Below, piece by piece: positions 10,441 to 22,073 of a stretch of DNA of 64,000 nucleotides; positions within the stretch are counted from its first letter, which is position 1, and every line of letters starts with the position of its first letter. The DNA comes from Strigamia acuminata. Taxonomy: Eukaryota. Under the pieces are notes generated by a model. That model made no database searches. It saw nothing but the letters and a program-made list of their open reading frames with translations, and was not told the DNA's origin. The translations under genes were made by a program, and so were the position numbers. The stretch lies in the NCBI GenBank assembly GCA_949358305.1, contig OX442314.1:6262001-6326000 (forward strand), read 5' to 3'.

Positions 10441-11749
10441 TGTGTCTTCAAAAAGAAATAAATTTTATTTGAGAACATGAATCAACCGTCGGAAATTAAT
10501 TTAATTTCAAATTAAATTAATTGTCGAACAACAACTGGATTAATTTCATAATTAATTCTTAAGTTCCCTTGTTAGCGTGTTTCCTCCATTTTGTCGAATA
10601 ATTATTAAGATTAATAATTATTCTCGACTTGGCATATAATTTCATTTTATCGTTTAAAACAATATCGCTGATAAAATATTCAAATTAGTGTTTATTTAAT
10701 GAAATAAACCTAATTTTTGTATCTACACGACATAATAACTAAAAAACATATAAAAATATTAAAAAAAAAAATATTTTTGTAAGTGTTTTTTAGCATCCGA
10801 CAATAGTCATTTTACATGGTTTTAATTGTACGAATAATTCCACAATTCGTCCGAGTAAATAATTTACTACCGACATCTGGTGGCGTTTGCCCCTATCATA
10901 CACGTGGCTTGTTAACACATGTCTGCTCACCAATTTCCAAGGAACTTAAGAGATATTTTATCTTTCATAAAATAAACACTTACTAACTAGGTGTAGTCCT
11001 AGAAGGGTATACTTGGCTAGTTTAATGTCTAGCTTCACGTATTTGCGAGGGCTGCTCGGTTCCGGCGATGTTGGCCGATAAAAACGTTGTGCGGCGCGTG
11101 CGAATTCTAAGTCCGCCGTAATGAACGCTTAACCAAAATAAATGTTGTCAATTAATGTCAAAATATTATAAATTTTGACAAAATATTGCTTAAATATTTA
11201 CCGGGAATTCACTTAGTGAGTTCGTGAAAGGCTTACTCGCGATTTGTCCACGAGATGGTTTCGATAATCAGCGTCGTGTCGATAATTTCTGAATTTGAAC
11301 TGATATTCGTCAAATGAAAAAATCAGTAAAATAAACGATAAGTGTTCAAAATCATCTAGATTTTAACTCACTAAATTTCAGCGAAAATCCGTTAAAGCGT
11401 CGAAGGGTCGAGAATAATCCTTGATTTCAGTCCAGTACAAAACTTGGCGAACAAGTGAGTGATAATCTCAAACCAGGGGTTAAGGGGAGTTTCGAGGAGT
11501 AATTTGATTGGTTTGTAATTACTCATCTCGAAGTTTCTATTAACCCAAAGGGGGAAACACAGTTTCAAGTAAATGTTTACACGTAGATTAATTTAAATAT
11601 AATCGGCCGTGTAAAAATAACTCAAACATTTGTTAGATTTTATTCATCCCAAAAAAAAATGTTTTTAACTAATAAAATTTAACAATCCTTCGTGAATATG
11701 ATTGGAAATATTTATTTTAAAATAAAATATTTTCAATATATTGTGTTTT

Positions 11750-14700
11750 TTAACCCAACTTGACTTGTTTTAAACAATTTATGAGTTGTACAAAATCGGT
11801 CACGTATTTTGTGTTCGGCTTGGGTCTACGTTTAGACTGTCGAACGGGAGATGGAAATCTTTTCCTCTTTTTAGATGGATTTTGAGGAGTTTCGTCCTCT
11901 TTAGAAGAAATCTGAGAAGTTTCCTCCTCTTTCTCTTCAACTAAATCCTCTGTTTCCATGGACACAGGTTCATTTATTAATTCTGAAGAATTAATAACTT
12001 GACCTGCCATCCAATCTGGAGTCGGGTGTGACTCGTTGGTACCGACTTTCTGATCTAATGTCCATTCCTCAATCGGGTAACTTGGGATATAAGGCATTAA
12101 ATCCTGTATGTTGATCGCTTTGGCTTTCGTGTTATCAGAAAGCTTCCGTAGTGTGTAGGAACCTCCGCCGAGAACAGCCGTAATTTCCCAAGGTCCATCA
12201 CGTTTCTCAGCGAATCCTGCCGAAATCCCTTTATCTTTATTCGATAAAATATGTGTGGCTTTCCACACGAGATCTCCTTTGGCAAATTGACAAATATAAT
12301 ATTTGTCTTTATGTAGTCGATCATGCTTTTCGTAATTCGATTGAATTTTCCGATGCATTTCGCTGTGTGCACGTCTAATTACGTCTAAAATGCTGTAGAC
12401 GTAGGCTTCGGGATTTTCTTTGTCGAATTTGATGGCGTGTTTAGTAATACGCGGATCAAATGGCAAAGGAACGTTTCTTCCCGTATTAAGAATCATCGGT
12501 GAACAATTTGTTGCCTCGGACTTAGCGGTGCGCATCGCAAAGGCAAAAGAATTTAAATATTTTGGCCAGTGGGAGTGAATGTCCGAGTATAAAGCTAACA
12601 TCATTTTTAAAGTCCGGTTAGCCCGCTCTGTAATATTAGCGGCAGCGTGATATGGGCTAATGTGAGCAATATCTACGTGATTCTTTTGACAAAAATCATT
12701 AAATATTGTCGACACAAATTGTTTGCCGTTGTCGGAGATTATCTTTTTTGGATATCCCCAACGGTGGAAAACTTCGCTCATTTTATTAACGATGCATTCA
12801 CTTGATGCAGTCGCTAGTGGGAAGACTTCAATCCATTTTGTACAATTATCAATGATTACTAAAATCCATTTTAATTGTGAACGACCGGCTGGTTTTGGTC
12901 CCATCAGGTCAATGCTTACAGTCTCCCACGGGTTGGTCATGTTGTGAGGTGTATAGCTTGCCCGATGCTTTTGGTGTTGACTAGGTTTGTATTGTTGGCA
13001 ATGAGTGCAACTGCGAACGTAGTTTCGAGTGTCTTTGCTCATTCTAGGCCAGAAATACATCTGTTTTGCTCTATCTAGGGTTTTGCTCATGCCGGCATGT
13101 CCTGTAAGTGGGTGGCCATGGCATGCGAATAATGCACGTCTCACGAGTGAGCGTGGAATTACCGCCTTAAACCCGTTGCCAGAGTCGTTTAACTCTTCCT
13201 CATCGGTCGGAGCAAAATAAATTAGCATAACACCTTTATTTTCTTCCGGTTCGTCGAGAGTGTAGCCACGAATCGCATTTAACCAATGTTTATCCGTGAT
13301 ACGATTTTTTAATTTTTCGTCTCCTTTTAGGTAAACAAGGATTTTACTACATGCTGGATCTTTAAGTTGCGCTTCGATAATTTCGTCTCGCGTCGGCGGA
13401 ACTACTTTTATGATATCTGTTAGCGCAGTGTGTACATTTTCGTGATTACAATTGTGGACATCTATATGTCTGCAATTTTCTCTCGTACATCCTTCTTCCT
13501 CCCCCTTTTCTCCAGAATCATGAAATCTAATTGGATTATATGATTCTGAGAAAAAATCTAAACTAAGGCCAACATTTGTAAGAAAATGTTTGCGCTCAGT
13601 TTCCGTCACTTGTAAAGATGCACACCTGTTTCCATTCCAAGTTGGATAGAAATGGGTGATTTCCTCTGGTTCGATATAATCATAATCCGGAGTGTCTAGT
13701 GCAGACAGTGGAGCGCGTGACAATGCGTCCGCTACTTGGTTCATTGCACCGCGTCTAAAAATAATTTTAAACGCGCCACATTGTATTTTGACGGCCCAAC
13801 GACCAAACCTTCCCGATGGTTCCGGCGTACTCATCAACCAGCTAAGGGCCTTAGCATCGGACTCGAGAGTGAAAGTCGTGTATTCAATATATGGGCGAAA
13901 TCTTTCGATTGCCCATACAACGGCCAAACACTCCAATTCCGGCGTAGAATACCTTACTTCGGCCCCGTGTAACACTCGACTGGCGTACGCGACTGCTTTC
14001 GGGACCATTATTAATTTCTGTTTCTTTTCACAGAATAATTCTACGTCTTGACAGAGTACTGCACCTAAGCCTGAATGAGAAGCATCTGTCAAAATGACAA
14101 AAGGCTTATTCATATCTGGCATGTGGAGAAGGGCTTGGTCCTTGTCACACAAGATGTCTTTGATAGTTTCGAATGCAGTTGTTTGTGGTTCATCCCACAC
14201 AAACTTTGCTTGATCATGCATAATATTGGTCAATGGACGAGCAATATTTGCGATGTTAGGAATGAATTTTCGGAAAAAATTCGCAAGTCCTACAAATCTT
14301 TGTATGTCTTTAGAACAAGTTGGTTTGGGAAAATTCCTTACAGCCGAGACTTTGTCAGGGTCTGGAAGAAGAGATCCCTCCGAAATTAAGTGGCCTAAAA
14401 ATCGTAATGATGTTCGACCAAATTTTGACTTGTCTTTATTGATAGTTAGATTCGCGGCATCCAACTTCTCAAGTACGTCTTTAATATGTAATAAATGATT
14501 TTCCCATGTGTCGGAAAAAATAATTATATCGTCTAAATAAACTAGAGCATGTTTATATAGAGAGTCACCCAATACGGTAGTCATGAGGTGTTGAAAAGAA
14601 CTAGGTGCATTACAAAGACCAAATGGCAATCTCTTGAATTGAAATTTGCCTTTTGGGGTGTAAAAAGCAGTTTTGCTCTTATCCTCCTCCTCCATTTCCA

Positions 14701-16030
14701 TTTGATGATAACCTTTAGTTAAATCAATGGATGTAAAGTACTTGGCCTGATTAGTATGGTGAATTAATAGGTCAATACTTGGCATTTGAATTGCATCAAC
14801 TTCTGTGATCGCATTCAACCAGCGGTAGTCGATACATAATCGATACTTCCCGCCGGGTTTAGCCACTATGACGGGGTGACTTATATAGGGGCCGGTGGCA
14901 GGTTCGATTAACCCATCGGCCTCTAATTCCTCGACCAATTCCGTCATAATCGCCTTCTTGGCCGGATTGTACATTCTATACGGCTGGTGTTTCCAAGTAG
15001 CACCAGGTTTAAACTTGATGCTGTGCTTGGCAACCTTCGTACAGCCCAATTGGTCTCGAAATACGTTTTTTAATTGCAAAAGAACGTTTACGAGTAACTG
15101 TTTTTCTTCCGCCGAACTGTTGCAGCCTTTCACGAGTTTTTCTGCCCAGTCCGGTGAAGTGGGAGTTCCTTCACCTTGGAGACCCAAAGTCTTAATGCTT
15201 GCTAAGCAACAATTAAGTTCAGTGGTCTCGTACGGGGCTGTCCATCCGGGCATGTCATCACAGGTGAACACTGCTCGTTTTGGATTTAAGTTAACTCCAG
15301 TTCTACGCATAAAGTTGTGGCCTAAAATCAACCCACATACATTCTTGTGTAGAATTATGAAGGTCATAGGTGTAACTCTCTTTTTATCGGCCCATTTGAC
15401 ACAAAGACAAACTTGACCGATAGGTCGGTGATCTATTCCGACTGCGCAGACACGCATTCCTCGGGGACATTCTTGTATGAATTCCACCGGAATTTCTGTG
15501 TTTGAAAGGAGTTGTACTCCAATAAAACATTGGGTGGCTCCAGAATCCATTAATGCGTTGTAATCTAAACCTCCGATTTGGATATTCATACGCGGATCAT
15601 CTTTGCCACCATTAATTAATTTGCTATTGCAAAGTTTGCCAAGAAATACTTTTCGTTCTTTCTTGTTCCATTTTTCAAGTTTAAGAATTTTCCTTAACTT
15701 GAAAACTTTGGGTACAAGCGGTTTTTTTGGTGCATACCAGCTTCCACTAAAAATACTCAAATTTTCTAGTTGGTCTGTCATGACTTTTAAATTTTCATCG
15801 ACACCGCCAGTAGAGCTGCTAGTCTTTCGACAGACAGGTACTGCTTCGTAAGAAATGACCAACGATGGTGGTTTATTCTTCGAATCATCGACATAAGGTA
15901 CTGTGAGATGACTAGGCTTATGTCTTAATTTAAATTCATCTTTTCGTGAAAATAAATCATTTGACAATTCCGAGAGGGGAAACAACTCTTTAAGCGGGGG
16001 TTGGGCAACTTGAACAACCCCCTGAATCAG
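11750..16030 (-). CDS. pol: Pol (protease, RT, RNase H, integrase), expressed by -1 frameshift from gag
   Basis: LMDSGA, YLDD, TDAS..ELECLA, H-H-C-C, IDLMGP/SDNG/ERANR, GPW; frame open back to the slippery site. Confidence 0.97.
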   Translation of the reverse strand: MIQGVVQVAQPPLKELFPLSELSNDLFSRKDEFKLRHKPSHLTVPYVDDSKNKPPSLVISYEAVPVCRKTSSSTGGVDENLKVMTDQLENLSIFSGSWYAPKKPLVPKVFKLRKILKLEKWNKKERKVFLGKLCNSKLINGGKDDPRMNIQIGGLDYNALMDSGATQCFIGVQLLSNTEIPVEFIQECPRGMRVCAVGIDHRPIGQVCLCVKWADKKRVTPMTFIILHKNVCGLILGHNFMRRTGVNLNPKRAVFTCDDMPGWTAPYETTELNCCLASIKTLGLQGEGTPTSPDWAEKLVKGCNSSAEEKQLLVNVLLQLKNVFRDQLGCTKVAKHSIKFKPGATWKHQPYRMYNPAKKAIMTELVEELEADGLIEPATGPYISHPVIVAKPGGKYRLCIDYRWLNAITEVDAIQMPSIDLLIHHTNQAKYFTSIDLTKGYHQMEMEEEDKSKTAFYTPKGKFQFKRLPFGLCNAPSSFQHLMTTVLGDSLYKHALVYLDDIIIFSDTWENHLLHIKDVLEKLDAANLTINKDKSKFGRTSLRFLGHLISEGSLLPDPDKVSAVRNFPKPTCSKDIQRFVGLANFFRKFIPNIANIARPLTNIMHDQAKFVWDEPQTTAFETIKDILCDKDQALLHMPDMNKPFVILTDASHSGLGAVLCQDVELFCEKKQKLIMVPKAVAYASRVLHGAEVRYSTPELECLAVVWAIERFRPYIEYTTFTLESDAKALSWLMSTPEPSGRFGRWAVKIQCGAFKIIFRRGAMNQVADALSRAPLSALDTPDYDYIEPEEITHFYPTWNGNRCASLQVTETERKHFLTNVGLSLDFFSESYNPIRFHDSGEKGEEEGCTRENCRHIDVHNCNHENVHTALTDIIKVVPPTRDEIIEAQLKDPACSKILVYLKGDEKLKNRITDKHWLNAIRGYTLDEPEENKGVMLIYFAPTDEEELNDSGNGFKAVIPRSLVRRALFACHGHPLTGHAGMSKTLDRAKQMYFWPRMSKDTRNYVRSCTHCQQYKPSQHQKHRASYTPHNMTNPWETVSIDLMGPKPAGRSQLKWILVIIDNCTKWIEVFPLATASSECIVNKMSEVFHRWGYPKKIISDNGKQFVSTIFNDFCQKNHVDIAHISPYHAAANITERANRTLKMMLALYSDIHSHWPKYLNSFAFAMRTAKSEATNCSPMILNTGRNVPLPFDPRITKHAIKFDKENPEAYVYSILDVIRRAHSEMHRKIQSNYEKHDRLHKDKYYICQFAKGDLVWKATHILSNKDKGISAGFAEKRDGPWEITAVLGGGSYTLRKLSDNTKAKAINIQDLMPYIPSYPIEEWTLDQKVGTNESHPTPDWMAGQVINSSELINEPVSMETEDLVEEKEEETSQISSKEDETPQNPSKKRKRFPSPVRQSKRRPKPNTKYVTDFVQLINCLKQVKLG

Positions 16031-16036
16031 TTTTTT
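15996..16036 (-). promoter_or_regulatory. -1 ribosomal frameshift signal (copy at 3562-3602)
   Basis: A_AAA_AAC before gag TGA, 7-nt spacer, stem GGGGGTTG..CAACCCCC; -1 frame reads into pol. Confidence 0.88.
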
Positions 16037-18084
16037 GTCTCGTCGGGAGTGACTGACTCAGTGGCTGCTGGTAAATGCTTAATTAACAGGTCAACCATGT
16101 TTTTCTGGAAGTCAGTAAATTTGGAGTCTAAAGTTTCTGACGTAACCCAATTTTGTTTGGGTCGTTTAAACTCGGGGTTGGGAGCAGAGTGGTTAAATCT
16201 TTTATTTGCATTTAACGAGTCTGATTTCCCTGCTAATTTTTTGGCAAGAGCGGGACATTCTCTTTTAAAATGTCCAGGCTCGTGACAGAAAAAGCATTTT
16301 CCAGTAGTCTTTTCATACTGGGCGGCAAATAATCGCTCCATTGAACCATCGTCAGTTGAGTCGTCATTCTCCGACTCGTCTTCATTTTCAACTTCATCTT
16401 GTGTTTGCGTTAAACGTAGTGAAGTTTTAGATGGAAAAATCTTAGATTTTTCGTGAAGTTTGGGAGTAGGATGATTCTCTCGATTATCATACTCCAATTT
16501 TGCTGCAAGTTGAGAACTTTCAAACTTAGAGCAATTTGCTCCTACATATTGTAGAATGTCATCTACTGTAAAGTTACCATACATTCCTTGTGTACATAAC
16601 GCCGTGAAACTTTCTTGAGTTAAATTGTCGAATAATTGCGCACGTCCAGTTTTATCACCTGGCGGCACTTCACCTTGTTCTTGCGTATAACGCAGAAGAA
16701 AACTATAAAGTGACTCGTCGGCTCGTTGTTTTACATTAAGAAGTCGCCTTTCTCTTGTAAGTGGAACGAGATCGAAGCAATCGAGAAAAGAGGCTTCGAA
16801 AGTTCGCCAACTGTTAAAAGTATGGCGTTGCTTATGGAACCAACGTTGTGCATGGCCTAATAGTCGTCCAGGTACAGCAGTGTGTACCATGTCGTCTAAA
16901 GGGATGCCTTTCCCGAGTGCGACAGCTTTGACGATTTCAAGGAATCGCGCAACCTCTGTCTGTTTCCCGTCAAAAATAGGAATCTCGATTCCTTTCCCAA
17001 AATTCTGACTGGGATTACTCGGGCTTCGGATTTGACCAACTAAACCCTGAATAATTTGTTTTACATTTTCGTCCGACAAATTAGAAGCAGAGTTCGAATT
17101 GGGTGTAGACCGACTTTCTTGGTCTCTGGGTGGCGGATTTGGCTCTCCTTGAAAATTTTGATGTCTATCAGGTGGCGGTGGAGAATGCGAATTATTTCGT
17201 CGGTGGAAATTATTGTTATAATTTCCCCCTCTACCAGCGTGAGATTCGTCACTACTCGAGTTAGGATCGGAGTCACGAGGATCACCAGGAGCTCCGGGAA
17301 ATCGTTGATTTCTCGGCGGAGCTCGTCCACCTTGAGAGCGGGAATTTCTATAATTCCTAAAATCTCCATCAGATTGGGTGTGAGATTGAAAATTTTGATA
17401 ATTTTCATTTCTCCCCCTTGGTTGGACCGACAGATTAGTTCGAGGCTGTGGAACTCTGAAAGAATCATTCAAATTCCCAGTGGGAGCGGGTAAAATATTA
17501 TTTACAGCCGTCGTACTTGGTAAATTTCGGGAAATTGGCGCAGAAATATTTCCTTGTCCGGAATTTCCCATTCTTTCGGCCGAATTCGATCGCCAAGAAC
17601 TAGTTGGTAACTGAATCGAAGGTTGAACAGATAGTGAAGAATTTAACTGCCCATTGTCGTCACGAGCAACATTCATTCGCCATCCAGGCAATTGCTGGTA
17701 GCGATATGTGGCCGGCGAACGAGGGCCAGTTCGATCTACAGAAACACTTCGTTCGTTGGTTACAACTACATCGGGAGTAATTACACGATTTCTCTCGTGA
17801 TGATTATTCGCCGTGTATTGTTGAGCTTCACACAAAGAGGAAAACTGCGTCACTTCCAATTGGTAATGGCGACAGTAAACTTCTAAATCATGTGGGACTG
17901 ATAGTGGATCCGTTCGAGAACTACCTGGGTTGGAAACGTCTCTAGGAACATTTTCTTCCCCCTGGCTTTCTAGATCAGACTCCACAATTCCTCTTGGTGT
18001 TTCACACATACCACCACGTCGTCGTGCTCCACGATTTCCTCGTGTTCCACGAACTCTTACAGGTCTACGGGCCATAATACTCAA
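16027..18084 (-). CDS. gag: Gag of element A (first ATG at 18075)
   Basis: Same translation as 3593-5650. Confidence 0.92.
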   Translation of the reverse strand: MSIMARRPVRVRGTRGNRGARRRGGMCETPRGIVESDLESQGEENVPRDVSNPGSSRTDPLSVPHDLEVYCRHYQLEVTQFSSLCEAQQYTANNHHERNRVITPDVVVTNERSVSVDRTGPRSPATYRYQQLPGWRMNVARDDNGQLNSSLSVQPSIQLPTSSWRSNSAERMGNSGQGNISAPISRNLPSTTAVNNILPAPTGNLNDSFRVPQPRTNLSVQPRGRNENYQNFQSHTQSDGDFRNYRNSRSQGGRAPPRNQRFPGAPGDPRDSDPNSSSDESHAGRGGNYNNNFHRRNNSHSPPPPDRHQNFQGEPNPPPRDQESRSTPNSNSASNLSDENVKQIIQGLVGQIRSPSNPSQNFGKGIEIPIFDGKQTEVARFLEIVKAVALGKGIPLDDMVHTAVPGRLLGHAQRWFHKQRHTFNSWRTFEASFLDCFDLVPLTRERRLLNVKQRADESLYSFLLRYTQEQGEVPPGDKTGRAQLFDNLTQESFTALCTQGMYGNFTVDDILQYVGANCSKFESSQLAAKLEYDNRENHPTPKLHEKSKIFPSKTSLRLTQTQDEVENEDESENDDSTDDGSMERLFAAQYEKTTGKCFFCHEPGHFKRECPALAKKLAGKSDSLNANKRFNHSAPNPEFKRPKQNWVTSETLDSKFTDFQKNMVDLLIKHLPAATESVTPDETKN

Positions 18085-18933
18085 AGAAATACACGTACAA
18101 CAAGAAAAAATAAGATTTTAACTGAACTAGCGTAAATGTAACACGCTTAATATTAAACTAAGAAATAATTTGAAAAAATACAACCTTAGCTGCTGAAACT
18201 GAAGTGGCTTCGGGAAAGAACTGTCCTGTTGCGTGGTCAAGAATGGTCCAAACGGGCACTGGTCACAACGGCACAACTGGATGGTCGCACTGTCGAAAAG
18301 CAAGTGTGGCTGAATATTGGTTGTCAAACTAGCTTCCGGAAAATCTCCTTTGTCAAGACAGTCTGCTGTGATTGGCGATGTTGAAAAATTCCTGATAATT
18401 TCTAACCCGAAATTCTCAAAAATGTCACATCTGGATGACCTACTCTGAGCTGCATCGTGAGTGGCTCACTTTGTCACATTCTTTACCTTGTCAGGGATTA
18501 AAAATCATAATTCCTAACATTGACAGAACAATAGAAAAACTGGTCAAGTTTTCAACCAGTAAAATAAAATATTTTAACTTTTTATTTTTCAGTCAGCAGA
18601 ATTTCTAGTCAAATTCGTTTTTTGATCGAAATTCAAGGTTTCGAAATTTTCCAGAATATAGCCGAATATTCTGGGAAACTCAATAAAATCATAATAGATT
18701 TTTCGTAAGAGATTCGGAATTATAATGAGTTTTTCAAAATAATCCAAAAATTCGAATTCAGATATTTCCAAAAGATAATGAGAATTTTTTGAAAACAAAT
18801 GGATATTTCACAGTAAATTTATAGAGAAAAATCGGAAATTTTCTAATTATAATATCTATATAAAATAATCAAGAAAATTCATTTTTTCAATTTTACACTT
18901 GATCACAGAGTTCACTTCAATAAAATGCAACCT

Positions 18934-18951
18934 ATCTCGGTAGAACCTCCA
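18934..18951 (-). promoter_or_regulatory. Primer-binding site, tRNA-Gln
   Basis: Same 18-mer next to LTR 18954. Confidence 0.88.
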
Positions 18952-18953
18952 CG

Positions 18954-20544
18954 TGTGACGATTACCTTCTGGAGATAGCAATTGCTAAACTAAAGTGTGA
19001 ACTATCTGTGTGAAAATGTAAAATATGCAAACCTGATGTTTTCTCAAAACATATAACATTTATTCCGGTTTGAACCTTATATAAATACTATGCCTACAAG
19101 TGGCTAAAATGACGATAAGTTAAACTATACAGTTATTTGGCAAAAGCCCTGAAATAATATCATTTGAAGGCTTCAGTCAGGCAATAAGAATTTGTAACGG
19201 TCTTATTGCTGTGACGTAAAAGATGTCATCTATGAATGGCTTTGGTTTCTAAATGGTCCGGGGTTTGGTTCTAAAAAGGCGTGTAAATGGTTAGGCTGGG
19301 TGGGTTATATCCGAGAGGTGCGGTTGACTTTTCTGTATCGTCACACACATCGCATCGCAGATAATTATTGTAATCAATAATTATCGCGAGATGTAACAAT
19401 GTGAGAATAAATAGTCATATTAATTCTATGGAATTAATCATGATATTTTAGAGTCACAAACTTAACTTAAACTGTGAAAATAAGTAAAATATATTAAAAT
19501 AGCGCCGAGCTATTTTTTGCCCCGAGTGCAATCAACATCTAAGTTAGACTTAAATGTTCCGTCAAACCAATAACGAATTGAATCGAAATATCTCGCAGGA
19601 AAGGTTATCCATCGCCGGGAAATTACTCCACTCGGTCCTGGCTGGCGGGAGAGTAACCGGGAAATTACTCCGCGTCGATTACTCTGATAATGCGTCTGTG
19701 AAATATAAATACTCCACTCTAGATTCTACATTACCAATGCGTCTGTGAATTTTACTCCACTCTAGATTCTGCACTCTACAACGGAATGTTGGCATGAAGC
19801 TGGAGGGAGTGCGTCTGTGGGTTGTACCCCACTCTAGATACTACACTTAAATGTGTCTGTGAATTACTCACTCTAGTTACTACATTTCTACAACGGAATG
19901 TTGGCATGAAGAGGCGGGCAGTGTGTCTGTGAGTCTTCTACCCACTCTAGATACTTACACTAAATACAAAGTATTTCTACAACGGATTGTCGGAACGCAG
20001 AGAAGTATAATATGTGCTCAAGTAATATCAGTATCAAACAAAAACAGAACAAGAGCGAGCTATATCCGTTTTGCAGGGGGATATATACTCGGTGAGGAGA
20101 ATAGCTGTTCAGTGATCCAATGGGATCACTGGGCAGTCAAATCCATCCAATCCCAGATCATAGGAAGTGGATACTCAGGACATAGTCTTCTACTAGGTCC
20201 ACTACAGGAACTGGATACGCAGGACACATTTTGGATTAAGTCCCTTTGACTATAATCCAAAAGGAGTCCAACTCACAGTGGGTGATGGGGGGTGACTTCA
20301 CCAGGTGTAGAGTTTGCACATAATTCAATAGAATTATGTGACAAATAAATCAACTAGTTTTTAAACATCCAAAAGTATTTAAAAGTGTCTAAAGTTGCAG
20401 TGGAATAAAATATAAATAGTAATTTATATTTTATTCACTCAAAAATTGTCGAAATTTGAATTTACCGCTAAAACGCATCAGCGCCATCTATTGGTGAAGT
20501 AATCGTCCTATACTAACAAAGTGTATGACAGTGTAACCGTCACA
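18954..20544 (-). repeat. LTR of element A (second copy)
   Basis: Copy of 6520-8110 at +12,434. Confidence 0.93.
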
Positions 20545-21657
20545 AGTCCCCCTTAAATATATGTTAATACCTGTATTAACATACTATTTATTCCGAATAT
20601 CTTGAGGATCAAGACCACACTGTCATCTATGGAACTGGAGCTGTAATCCTTGGTAAGTAAAAACCTTTATTTTATATCTTAATAGTATAAATAAAGAGTA
20701 TTTCTTAATCAAATGCTTCAAAAAATATTTATTAGGGTTATAAAACTTTCAATTATCAATAATAACTTCCATCTCTCTTTACAGGTGGACTTACAACTGC
20801 ATCAAGAAAAAGGCGATAACTTAAACTAACATCAAACTCTTGTACCAAACAAATGATTAATAAAATTTAACAATTATTTTCACAAAACTTAACTTCTCAC
20901 TGGAAATATAATGATTTGCAAAATAACACTTTACACGTTAAAATTCAAGTATTAAAATTAGTATTCATATAAACAAACTCACATTGACTCGTAATCAAAA
21001 TTTTAACAGAATGGTTAATTTAAATATTAAAGATCTTTGAATTATTCACAAAAAAAATGGCATAAAATACACCTAAACCTGACTAAATCTTTGTTTCATC
21101 TCGGGTCAAGCAATGGAGATGGAGAAAATGGACTCGTTACTTCTGGTCTTGCCTTGAAAAGGGAAAATATCGGGAAAGTAACGGATCCCGACATCGTTGA
21201 CGCTTTCTAGTCCAACTCTTCATCCTCAATAAATCCTTCCATGGATGTAACAACTTCCGAGACGGCTGCGGGTGGAGAATTAAGTTGAATAGTTACCAAT
21301 TCCGGTACTACATCTGGCTCAACGTCATGGGCCAGTGGGTTCAGGAGCATTCTGTGTTGTTCCTCGGTGAATACTTCCAGGGGATCAGGCCCTCCTAAGG
21401 AATGGTGTTAGCGCTGGTTGGCTCGGAAAAAACCAAGTGATGGTCGGGTAAGCCGGAGTGCCATCCCTCACGAATCAACGGGTGTGCTGCTGCTGAGACC
21501 TGTTGCAAAATCTTACACCAAATAAAAGAGCGAGTTTGAAAAGATTCCGGCCGGGATGGATGAAAAATCCATTGGATCACGGCCAGTGGCACGCTCAAAT
21601 CTGGAATTCGGTCGTTTGAAATCGACATGCTAATACGCTTAGCTGCTTCCAATAAAA
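20545..21657 (-). mobile_element. Truncated third unit of element A (PPT, 3'UTR, 3' end of ORF3)
   Basis: Matches 8111-9224, then homology stops abruptly at ...GCTTCCAATAAAA. Confidence 0.93.
21207..21657 (-). pseudogene. 3' fragment of ORF3 with 1-bp deletion
   Basis: CCTAAGG versus CCTAACGG in the intact copy; 5' part absent. Confidence 0.8.
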
Positions 21658-22073
21658 ATGTTACACCAAAATCATCACTTAATTTTGAATATTATACAAA
21701 AAACGACATTAAATTGAAAATTTTAAAATTATACGATAAATTTCATAAAATGGTGAATTTTAAATGTCTGATAGTTTTAATGTCTGATAGTTCTAGAAAA
21801 AAACTCTAAAGACTAGGTACCTCGCTAGACCGGGCACTTTCTACCGTATCCGCCTCTTTGGCCCTCAATATTTCTAAAGCTCATTGAGACAAGCACAATC
21901 ACATATTTATTCCCGTCACCCAAATGTTGCTACACCTTGAATATGGTACGTGGTGCTGTCGTCTTCGGACGAAATCAGCTCCACTCTGTCGTGATTATCT
22001 GGGTCTGTGTAACCTCATTGGGTGTTGTGTGTGGCCCCTATGTCCCTGCTTTTCCGCGGGGGGGGAGATGAGA

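Larger units (their letters stand above)
6520..20544 (-). mobile_element. Full-length Ty3/Gypsy LTR retrotransposon 'A' (LTR-PBS-gag-pol-ORF3-PPT-LTR), middle unit of a tandem array
   Basis: Apparently identical LTRs 18954-20544 and 6520-8110; PBS, PPT, gag with CCHC, pol in PR-RT-RH-INT order, intact ORFs. Confidence 0.96.
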
